The position numbers were made by a program, and so were the translations under genes. From assembly GCA_964402155.1 (NCBI GenBank), contig CAYOAY010000002.1, forward strand, positions 1-56,662: 56,662 bases of DNA. The letters run 5' to 3'. The stretch is from an uncultured Muribaculaceae bacterium. Its GTDB lineage: Bacteria > Bacillota_I > Bacilli_A > RF39 > UBA660. Of this stretch, positions 49,339-56,662 are shown piece after piece. Numbering within the stretch: position 1 is the first letter of the stretch; each line of letters begins with the position of its first letter. The notes under the pieces were generated by a model, which was not told where the DNA came from, did not search any database, and was given only the letters and a program-made list of their open reading frames with translations.

Positions 49339-51375
49339 ATGCTAGAAAATTATAAATTAGCAGATGAAGATTACATATTAACTAGATATCAAAATCTCTT
49401 AAAAAAGCAAGGAATTCTAACAGTAGAAGACTTACTTTATAGTTTTCCTATCAAGTATGAAAATTATAAGGTTTCTTCCATTAATGATGCAGTACTTGAC
49501 GAAACTATTGTTTTAGAAGGTACAATTGTTAGTAAAGTAACTGTTAATTATCTAAAAACAAAATTATCAACCGTTGTATTTCAATTAGAAGTTGAAGGAA
49601 GAAAAATTAGATGTACTATTTTTAATCGTGTTTTTCTTAAAGGTAAATTAAACTATGGTACGGTTATTAGAGTACAAGGTAGGTTTTATCAAAATATGAA
49701 TAATTTTACCGTTGTTGATATTATTATATGCGATGAAATTAATCGTGATATTGTGCCTATTTATAAAACAAAAGATATATCAGAAAGTAAATACCTAGAG
49801 ATAATTGAAAAGGTATACCGAAGATATAAAAATAAAATAGTTGAAACTCTTCCTAAAGCTTATCTTGAAAAACATCATTTAATGGATTTAACATCTGCAG
49901 TTAAAACTTTACACTTTGGTGATGATTTAACAAAGATAAATGAAGCGATTAGAAGAATAAAATATGAAGAACTGTTAGAATATCAATTATCAATGAAATA
50001 TTTACAATATATGAGAAAAGTTCAACATACAGTTCCAATAATTGAATATGATGAAGAAAAAATAAATCAATTAATAAGCATGTTACCATATAAATTAACA
50101 GCTGACCAAAATAAATCGATAAATGATATCTTAAATGACCTTAAATCGCCATTTTCAATGAATCGATTACTTCAAGGTGAAGTTGGTAGTGGTAAAACTG
50201 TAGTTGCATTAATTACAATCCTAGCCGTTGTTAGTGGTGGCTATCAAGCCGCGTTAATGTGCCCAACCGAAATATTATCACAACAACACTATGAAACGCT
50301 TACTACTTCATTAAAAAGTTTTAATGTTAATATTGCTTTATTAACAGGTTCTACATCAACCAAACAAAGAAAAGAAATTGTTGAAGGAATTAATAATGGT
50401 AGTATTAATGTTGTAGTTGGAACTCATGCATTATTTCAAAAAGATATTGAATATGCTAATTTAGGTGTTGTTATTGCTGATGAAGAGCATCGTTTTGGTG
50501 TACGTCAAAGAGTTCTTATTCGTAATAAGGGCTTAGATGTTAATTATTTAAAAATGAGTGCTACTCCAATTCCTAGAACTTTAGCTATTTCTGTTTATGG
50601 TGATACTGATATTTCTGTTATTAAAACAATGCCAGAAAATCGTAAAAAAGTAATTACTAAATATGTTGATAAAGAACATAAAAAAGAAGTAATCGCTCAT
50701 ATGAAAAATGAACTTAAAAATGGTCATCAAATATATGTTGTTACGCCTTTAATTGAAGAATCAGATTCAATTGATTCCGCAAATGCTATTGAAATATTTG
50801 AAAATATGAAGAAGTATTTTAATAATATAGCCAATGTTGGATTAATTCATGGAAAACTAAAAGCTGAAGAAAAAGAACAAATAATGGCTGATTTTTTAAA
50901 TAAGAAAATTGATATTTTAGTCGCAACAAGTGTAATTGAAGTAGGCGTTAATGTTAAAAATGCAACAACAATTGTTGTGCTTGGTGCTGACCGCTTTGGT
51001 GTTGCTACTTTACACCAATTAAGAGGTAGAGTTATGAGAAGTGATGAAACACCTTATTGTTTCTATTTATCGGATAATGCTACACCAAATAGTGAAAAAA
51101 GGCTAAAATTTGTTGAAGAAAATACTGATGGCTTTGCACTAGCTGAATATGACTTAAAAACAAGAGGTCCTGGGGAGTTCTTTGGTGAAAAGCAATCTGG
51201 TTCAATGAATTTTAAATATTGTAATTTATTAGAAGATAATGATTTATTAAATCTAGCAAATGATGATTCTGAAGAAATAATAAAAAATAATCAATTTTTT
51301 AACAATCCAGAATATAAACATTTATTTGATTGTGCACATAATCATTATATAATGAAAACTAATGAATTAGATTAG
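49339..51375 (+). CDS. recG: ATP-dependent DNA helicase RecG
   Basis: GEVGSGKT, DEEHRFG, MSATPIPRT, QLRGRVMR. SD TAGGAG precedes ATG 49339. Confidence 0.95.
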   Translation: MLENYKLADEDYILTRYQNLLKKQGILTVEDLLYSFPIKYENYKVSSINDAVLDETIVLEGTIVSKVTVNYLKTKLSTVVFQLEVEGRKIRCTIFNRVFLKGKLNYGTVIRVQGRFYQNMNNFTVVDIIICDEINRDIVPIYKTKDISESKYLEIIEKVYRRYKNKIVETLPKAYLEKHHLMDLTSAVKTLHFGDDLTKINEAIRRIKYEELLEYQLSMKYLQYMRKVQHTVPIIEYDEEKINQLISMLPYKLTADQNKSINDILNDLKSPFSMNRLLQGEVGSGKTVVALITILAVVSGGYQAALMCPTEILSQQHYETLTTSLKSFNVNIALLTGSTSTKQRKEIVEGINNGSINVVVGTHALFQKDIEYANLGVVIADEEHRFGVRQRVLIRNKGLDVNYLKMSATPIPRTLAISVYGDTDISVIKTMPENRKKVITKYVDKEHKKEVIAHMKNELKNGHQIYVVTPLIEESDSIDSANAIEIFENMKKYFNNIANVGLIHGKLKAEEKEQIMADFLNKKIDILVATSVIEVGVNVKNATTIVVLGADRFGVATLHQLRGRVMRSDETPYCFYLSDNATPNSEKRLKFVEENTDGFALAEYDLKTRGPGEFFGEKQSGSMNFKYCNLLEDNDLLNLANDDSEEIIKNNQFFNNPEYKHLFDCAHNHYIMKTNELD

Positions 51376-51384
51376 GGGGATAAA

Positions 51385-52074
51385 ATGTTAAATCAAAAAT
51401 TATTAAACGAAATATTAACAAAATATAATATTAAAGTAAAAACCTATGATAACTTTTTACTTGCAATGACACATTCTTCATTCGCAAATGAACATAACTT
51501 AAAACATAATGAAAGAATTGAATTTTTAGGTGATGCTATCTTAGGATTATTAGTTGCGGAATATATATATAAAAACTTTGAAAATATGCCTGAAGGCAAT
51601 ATGACGAAGTTACGCGCAACTTATGTTTGTGAAGATGCAAATGCTAAATATGCAAGAGAAATTGGAATTGATAAATTACTATTACTTGGTAATGGTGAAG
51701 AAAGTAGTGGCGGTAGAAAAAGACCTGCAGTTTTATCTGATGCATTTGAGTCATTTCTAGGTGCTATTTATTTATCTGGTGGCTTAGATGAGGTTAGAAA
51801 ATTATTAGAGATAGTTGTTTTTCCTCATGTTCTGGCAATTGATGAAAGACAATTTACAGATTATAAGAGCTTACTTCAAGAATATATTCAAGCTGAAACA
51901 AGGTCACCTGTTGAATATCGATTAGATAATGTAGAAGGACCACCACATTTAAGACAATTTACTATATCAGTATATCTAGATGGTATAAAACTTGGAACTG
52001 GTAAAGGACATTCTAAAAAAGATGCGGCACAAGCTGCTGCTTCATCTGCTCTTGATAAAGTAGCGAAAAAATAA
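51385..52074 (+). CDS. rnc: ribonuclease III
   Basis: NERIEFLGDAILG signature and a C-terminal dsRBD (GKGHSKKDAAQAAA). Confidence 0.95.
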   Translation: MLNQKLLNEILTKYNIKVKTYDNFLLAMTHSSFANEHNLKHNERIEFLGDAILGLLVAEYIYKNFENMPEGNMTKLRATYVCEDANAKYAREIGIDKLLLLGNGEESSGGRKRPAVLSDAFESFLGAIYLSGGLDEVRKLLEIVVFPHVLAIDERQFTDYKSLLQEYIQAETRSPVEYRLDNVEGPPHLRQFTISVYLDGIKLGTGKGHSKKDAAQAAASSALDKVAKK

Positions 52075-52083
52075 AGGTGAATT

Positions 52084-52380
52084 TTGAAAAAACTATTATC
52101 TAAGTTTTTAAACTTTTGGAAATGGTTATATCGTAAATTAAAAGACCCACTAAATTTAATAATATTTTTTATTGTATGGATTACCTTTTTTAGTCCATGG
52201 TGGGGTGGATATCTCCTTTATTTTATTACTAACAATCCAGTGCATTTAAGTTACTCAAGTGCTTGGCTTGCTTTTTGGTCATTACCATTTACCCCTGCAC
52301 TTGGTGTTATTATAATTGTGGTAGTGGGGATTAGAAAAGTTATCGATACAATTATTAAACGAAAAAATAAAAAGAAGTAG
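52084..52380 (+). CDS. small integral membrane protein, unknown function
   Basis: 98 aa, three hydrophobic segments, basic tail. TTG start only 3 nt after AAGGTGA, so the start is uncertain. Confidence 0.5.
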   Translation: MKKLLSKFLNFWKWLYRKLKDPLNLIIFFIVWITFFSPWWGGYLLYFITNNPVHLSYSSAWLAFWSLPFTPALGVIIIVVVGIRKVIDTIIKRKNKKK

Positions 52381-52393
52381 TCGAGGAATTCAT

Positions 52394-53017
52394 ATGAATA
52401 ATATCGGGAAATTAATAAAAGCAAAAACCATTTCATTTAATGAAATGTTAATAAGACATTATAAAAAATTAAAACTAAATGAAAAGGAAGCAATGATATT
52501 AATGCTTCTATATGTTCAACAAGATGAAGGAAACTCTTTACTTTCAACTGAAAACTTGATTAGTAAAGTTACACTTACAGAAGATGAGTTATCATCAACT
52601 ATTGTAAAACTTGTTCAAGAAGGTTACATTGAGTTATTAATTAATGATGATGGTAAAGAATCATTTAATATGGATAAGGTTATTGACATCTTAGGTAATT
52701 ATCTAGCTGATAAAGATGATAGCACAACAGTTACATCAAGAAGTGTAGAACTTTCTGAAATAGTTGAATACGCGGAAAAGTGTTATCAAAAAGTGTTAAC
52801 ATCTAATGATTTAATGATAATTAATCATTGGTTAGATTTAAACTATTCATTAGAAGATATTAAACAAGCAATACTAGATAGCTTAAAAGCTAAAAAACTT
52901 CATTTAAAATATGCTGATGCAATTTTAGTTAATCGTAAAAAAGAAAGAACAAAAGTAACAGAAGTTGATGAAGATATAAAACAAATGTTACAAAGTGTTT
53001 ATGTCAAACGTCACTGA
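52394..53017 (+). CDS. dnaD: DnaD-domain replication initiation/primosome protein
   Basis: wHTH N-terminal domain. C-terminal DnaD repeat region (LMIINHWLDLNYSLEDIKQAI). dnaD-nth adjacency as in Bacillus. Confidence 0.8.
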   Translation: MNNIGKLIKAKTISFNEMLIRHYKKLKLNEKEAMILMLLYVQQDEGNSLLSTENLISKVTLTEDELSSTIVKLVQEGYIELLINDDGKESFNMDKVIDILGNYLADKDDSTTVTSRSVELSEIVEYAEKCYQKVLTSNDLMIINHWLDLNYSLEDIKQAILDSLKAKKLHLKYADAILVNRKKERTKVTEVDEDIKQMLQSVYVKRH

Positions 53018-53621
53018 TATATATAATGTTTTAGTAGAAATGTTTCCTGATGCTCATTGTGAGTTAAATTATAATAACTTATATGAATTAACCATTGCTG
53101 TAATGTTAAGTGCCCAAACGACAGATAAGGCTGTAAATTTAGTTACGCCTAAATTATTTAGTCATTATCCTAGCTTATATGATTTAAGTAAAGCCGATCT
53201 TAATGATGTAGAAAAAGATATTAAAAGATTAGGATTATATCATAATAAAGCTCAAAATATAATAAAAATGGCAAATGAGGTTATCACAAGATTTAATGGT
53301 GAAATTCCTCATTCATTAGATGAATTAAAATCGCTTCCTGGTATTGGTCAAAAAACTGCTAATGTAATTTTAGTCGAATATTTTCATATTCCGAGAATGC
53401 CAGTTGATACACATATTGAAAGAGTATCAAAAAGACTGGGACTTGTAGACGAACATGATACAACATTAGAGGTTGAACAAAAATTAATGAATTTGTTTGA
53501 TGAAAATATGTATCACCAAGTTCATCACCTACTTTTATTTTTTGGTCGATATCATTGTTTAAGTAGATGCCCTAAATGCGATAATTGTAAATTACTTAAA
53601 TATTGTGTTAAAAATAAATAA
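53001..53621 (+). CDS. nth: endonuclease III
   Basis: HhH-GPD LPGIGQKTANVIL, VDTHIERV, 4Fe-4S cluster CLSRCPKCDNCKLLKYC. GTG 52995 is an alternative start. Confidence 0.93.
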   Translation: MSNVTDIYNVLVEMFPDAHCELNYNNLYELTIAVMLSAQTTDKAVNLVTPKLFSHYPSLYDLSKADLNDVEKDIKRLGLYHNKAQNIIKMANEVITRFNGEIPHSLDELKSLPGIGQKTANVILVEYFHIPRMPVDTHIERVSKRLGLVDEHDTTLEVEQKLMNLFDENMYHQVHHLLLFFGRYHCLSRCPKCDNCKLLKYCVKNK

Positions 53622-53630
53622 TAACGACAA

Positions 53631-53681
53631 AAAACCCTTAATTTAGTATTTTGATTATGATATACTAAATAAGGGGTTTTT
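53631..53681 (+). terminator. long bulged hairpin: nth terminator that also covers the cse60 SD
   Basis: AAAACCCTTAATTTAGTAT / ATACTAAATAAGGGGTTTT (about 18 bp, two bulges) followed by a T-run. The right arm contains AAGGGG, 9 nt before ATG 53686. Confidence 0.65.
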
Positions 53682-53685
53682 ATTT

Positions 53686-53868
53686 ATGAAAGTTAAAATA
53701 TTTGATGAAAATCATGAACATGATTTAGAAATGAAAGTTAATGAATTTTTAAATACTTTACCAAACAATTGTTTAATTGATATTAAATATCAAGTTGCAA
53801 CATTATATGATGGCCGAGACCAAATATACTGCTTTTCTTGTATGATTATTTACGAAGATATTGTTTGA
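53686..53868 (+). CDS. cse60: sporulation protein Cse60 (YteV-like)
   Basis: 60 aa. KVKIFDENHEHDLEMKVNEFL...IDIKYQVA...QIYCFSCMIIY matches my recollection of the Cse60 family. Confidence 0.7.
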   Translation: MKVKIFDENHEHDLEMKVNEFLNTLPNNCLIDIKYQVATLYDGRDQIYCFSCMIIYEDIV

Positions 53869-55477
53869 TTAAATCAAAACTTGGATCAATGTAAATAGTT
53901 TTTTGATTAGTATAGGTAACGTGATATCCTTTCATTCCAGGAATTTTCTTTAAATATCTAATTTTTGTATAATCAACTGGAACACTACTAGAAGAAGAAT
54001 ATTTAGAATAATAACTTGCAAGATTACTTGCTAGTCTAATGATATTTTCGGATAACTCAAAATCAATTCTATTTTCAGGAACACTTACAACAACATGGGC
54101 TCCACTTGCATCCTTGACATGAAACCAGTAATCATTATTTCTTGCTAGTTTATTAGTTAGAAAATCATTTTGAATATTGTTTTTACCAATATAAATAATT
54201 ACATTTTCATAGTTAAAATGTTGAATTTCTATTTTTTTATTTTTCTTATTTATTTTTTTAATTTTACTTTTATATTGTTCAGAATTATTTAATAGATCAA
54301 GTTTTATTTCTTCAAGTTCAGTTGTTGTTGAGAATTCAATCATTGATAATAAATCTTCTAAATAAGTAATTTCATTAGATACTTTATCAAGTTGTTTTTG
54401 AATTTCAACTAATGCGTTACTTGCTTTTTTTCCTTTTGTAAAAATTTGTTTTAAGTTTTTACTTGGATCTAAATCTTTATTAAGAATAATTTCAACTTCT
54501 TGATTATTATCTAAAAAATTAGAAACTATAATTTTATCCATTCCTTTGGTAACTTTATATAAGTTAGCTTGAAGAAGAATTCCTAAGTCTTTGTATTTAA
54601 TATTTTCACTAGCTTTATTTAAATCATCATAAAGATTTGCTAATTTAGTTTTTTGATGAGTGATTAATCTTTTAACTTGTTTAATTAAATCATTATTACT
54701 ATGATTAATAGTTCGTTTATATTGATTATAGTAATAATCTAACATATCGGATAAACTATCAAAGCTATTATTAATTGCTTCGGTGATATTTAAAGAAAAA
54801 CAATAATAATCATACTTGGTTCCATTTTTAAATATTGTTGGTTTTACTTTTTGGTTTAAGAATAATGATATATTACCATTATAATAACTATTTACTTCTG
54901 TTTTAATATTATTTGCTATACCTTGTACATTATCTAATAAAACTAAATCATTTTCTAAAAAAGGATTAATCAGTCCTGCTTGTAGTGGAAATTCATACAA
55001 TGCTTTAGGAATAATATATCTAGTTTGGTTATCACTTGGAGGAAGTTTTCTAACGGAATCTATGATGATGTTATTCTCATCTGTTAGAATGATATTACTG
55101 TTTCTTCCCATTAATTCAAAAATTAAATGATAATTTGTATTGTCACCTAATTCATTGAATGTATTAACTTCAAGTACAATTACACGGTCATTGTTAAATT
55201 GATAAATATTTGTAATTATTCCTCGTTCAATGTATTTCCTAAGTAACATACAGAAATTACCAGGAGTAGTCGGATTAACAATGGTTTGTTTGGTTAGATA
55301 AATTCGAGATGAATCTAAGGACGCTGATAATAAAAGTTGCATTGTTTTTCCTTGATTTTTAATTTGAAGAATTATGTCTAAAGGATTAGGTTGATAAATT
55401 TTATTTATTTTATCCTTATTAATGTTTTCGTTTAATTCATCAACTAAAAAATGAACAAATATACCATCCATACTCAT
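53846..55477 (-). CDS. rqcH: ribosome quality-control factor RqcH (NFACT / FbpA-like, DUF814)
   Basis: N-terminal NFACT-N (MDGIFVHFLVDEL...KINKIYQP), central coiled coil, C-terminal NFACT-R/DUF814 (WFHVKDASGAHVVV). Confidence 0.88.
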   Translation of the reverse strand: MSMDGIFVHFLVDELNENINKDKINKIYQPNPLDIILQIKNQGKTMQLLLSASLDSSRIYLTKQTIVNPTTPGNFCMLLRKYIERGIITNIYQFNNDRVIVLEVNTFNELGDNTNYHLIFELMGRNSNIILTDENNIIIDSVRKLPPSDNQTRYIIPKALYEFPLQAGLINPFLENDLVLLDNVQGIANNIKTEVNSYYNGNISLFLNQKVKPTIFKNGTKYDYYCFSLNITEAINNSFDSLSDMLDYYYNQYKRTINHSNNDLIKQVKRLITHQKTKLANLYDDLNKASENIKYKDLGILLQANLYKVTKGMDKIIVSNFLDNNQEVEIILNKDLDPSKNLKQIFTKGKKASNALVEIQKQLDKVSNEITYLEDLLSMIEFSTTTELEEIKLDLLNNSEQYKSKIKKINKKNKKIEIQHFNYENVIIYIGKNNIQNDFLTNKLARNNDYWFHVKDASGAHVVVSVPENRIDFELSENIIRLASNLASYYSKYSSSSSVPVDYTKIRYLKKIPGMKGYHVTYTNQKTIYIDPSFDLIKQYLRK

Positions 55478-55546
55478 ATATCTTACCTCCTTATTGTTTA
55501 TTATACAATAAAAAAAGTAAAATGTAATAAAAAAAGAATAAAAAAG

Positions 55547-55575
55547 TTGATTAATATTAAAAATAATGGTAAAAT
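55547..55575 (+). promoter_or_regulatory. sigma-A promoter of gmk-rpoZ
   Basis: TTGATT, 17 nt, TGgTAAAAT. Confidence 0.55.
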
Positions 55576-55605
55576 ATAAAAAATGTGAATATTTTGAGGT
55601 GCTTT

Positions 55606-56229
55606 ATGAAACTAGACAAAAAGGGCTTATTGATTGTTATTTCTGGTCCATCAGGTGTTGGAAAAGGTACAGTTAGAAAAGCGCTCTTTAAAAGAGAAGG
55701 ACACAATCTTGTATACTCTATTTCGATGACAACTAGAAAACCTCGTGAAGGAGAACAAAATGGTGTTGATTACTATTTTGTTGAAAAAGATGAATTTGAA
55801 AAACAAATTAGCAAAGGTAATTTATTAGAATATGCGCAATTTGTTGGTAATTTCTATGGTACTCCTTTCGATAAAGTAGAAGAACAAATTAATAATGGTA
55901 ATGAAGTTGTACTTGAAATTGAAGTGCAAGGTGCTATGCAAGTAAAGGCAAAAAAACCTGATGCGGTATTTATATTTATTGCGCCACCTTCATTTAAGGC
56001 ATTAGAAGAACGCCTAAGAACTAGAGGAACCGAGACCAATGAAGTTATTAAAGAAAGATTAGAAAAAGCATCTCGAGAATTAATGCAAGCTGCTTCATAT
56101 GATTATATTGTTGTTAATGATGATGTGAATAATGCGGCTGATAAAATTATGGCTATTATAAGAGCGGAACATGCAAAGTGTGATCGTAGTCTTGAAGAAT
56201 ATTATAATTTAATGAAAGGAAATGAATAA
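55606..56229 (+). CDS. gmk: guanylate kinase
   Basis: GPSGVGKGT, TTRKPREGE, YYFV. SD GAGGTG precedes ATG 55606. Confidence 0.95.
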   Translation: MKLDKKGLLIVISGPSGVGKGTVRKALFKREGHNLVYSISMTTRKPREGEQNGVDYYFVEKDEFEKQISKGNLLEYAQFVGNFYGTPFDKVEEQINNGNEVVLEIEVQGAMQVKAKKPDAVFIFIAPPSFKALEERLRTRGTETNEVIKERLEKASRELMQAASYDYIVVNDDVNNAADKIMAIIRAEHAKCDRSLEEYYNLMKGNE

Positions 56230-56230
56230 T

Positions 56231-56446
56231 ATGATTGAAACAAAAGATAAAGATGGTATGCGTTTTCCATCAATTGACCAACTAACTCACAAATCTTCTT
56301 CTAAATATAAATTAGTTATTGCGGTTGCTAAAAGAGCACACGAAATTGATGAAAGTGGTAAATGTTATTTAGAAACAACTAAAAATGTAAAAAGTATTGG
56401 TATTGCTTTAGAAGAAATAATGAATGATAAAATTGATATTAAATAA
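56231..56446 (+). CDS. rpoZ: RNA polymerase omega subunit
   Basis: PSIDQL...SKYKLVIAVAKRAHEI. Lies after gmk as in Bacillus. ATG 56222 (ORF track) is the alternative start. Confidence 0.88.
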   Translation: MIETKDKDGMRFPSIDQLTHKSSSKYKLVIAVAKRAHEIDESGKCYLETTKNVKSIGIALEEIMNDKIDIK

Positions 56447-56448
56447 TT

Positions 56449-56469
56449 GACCCATTAAGGGTCTTTTTT
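56449..56469 (+). terminator. rho-independent terminator
   Basis: GACCC-ATTAA-GGGTC followed by TTTTTT. Confidence 0.7.
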
Positions 56470-56543
56470 ACATTTTAAATTAGGTTTAATATATTTAAAA
56501 AATAAATGTATAAAATTAAAATACTAAGAAATAATAATATTGT

Positions 56544-56610
56544 CACATTGATTCTTCAAAGTCTTCTTTCCCTTTGATTCTAATTTGAAGATCAATGTGA
56601 GTTTTTATTT
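56544..56610 (+). other. orphan terminator-like hairpin (leader/attenuator or small-RNA 3' end)
   Basis: 16-bp stem with one bulge, CACATTGATTCTTCAAA (56544-60) / TTTGAAGATCAATGTG (56584-99), 23-nt loop, then AGTTTTTATTT. It sits 75 nt beyond the rpoZ terminator, and no ORF ends there. Confidence 0.4.
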
Positions 56611-56662
56611 GCTAAATTGTAATTAGAAGTGCAACAAAAATTATAAGGTTAAATATCTAGTA

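Noticed and set aside
56507-56578. A 23-codon ORF (MYKIKILRNNNIVTLILQSLLSL) upstream of the orphan hairpin.
   Set aside because: It has no SD, and its composition is what AT-rich non-coding DNA yields by chance.

Overview
This is a very AT-rich (by eye about 28-30% GC) chromosomal segment from an endospore-forming Firmicute. It uses the standard genetic code: TGA terminates ORFs and conserved Trp is TGG. About 50 genes are present and all but five lie on the + strand. Most are recognisable housekeeping blocks: dnaE-ROK kinase-pgcA-pgi, tgt, ftsW-murG-murB, cotJ, ackA, ftsZ-spoIIGA-sigE-[DUF2130]-sigG, ung, folT-like, gpmI, eno and lgt. These are followed by a Bacillus 'ylo'-like block (rsmB-rlmN-rsgA-rpe-thiN-spoVM-rpmB-yloV-recG), then rnc, dnaD-nth, cse60, rqcH and gmk-rpoZ. 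I saw no rRNA, tRNA, CRISPR array, transposase or integrase. Six things deserve a second look. (1) At 35.9-41.0 kb a 64-codon stump of an ECF sigma gene abuts a 1354-codon repeat/LRR ORF that begins mid-repeat with no start signals, followed by two diverged tandem winged-helix genes, each behind a GACA-N5-TGTC palindrome. (2) A 28-codon spoVM gene, too short for the ORF track, has its start codon inside the thiN terminator hairpin. (3) A DUF2130 coiled-coil/PD-(D/E)xK-like gene with its own promoter and terminator sits between sigE and sigG. (4) Two paralogous membrane-anchored beta-propeller-like proteins form a translationally coupled pair upstream of dnaE. (5) A MarR-GNAT fusion gene faces two back-to-back consensus promoters that share an inverted repeat. 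(6) The rlmN-rsgA junction lacks prpC-prkC. Family calls rest on motifs I recognise by eye and on synteny. No database search was run.
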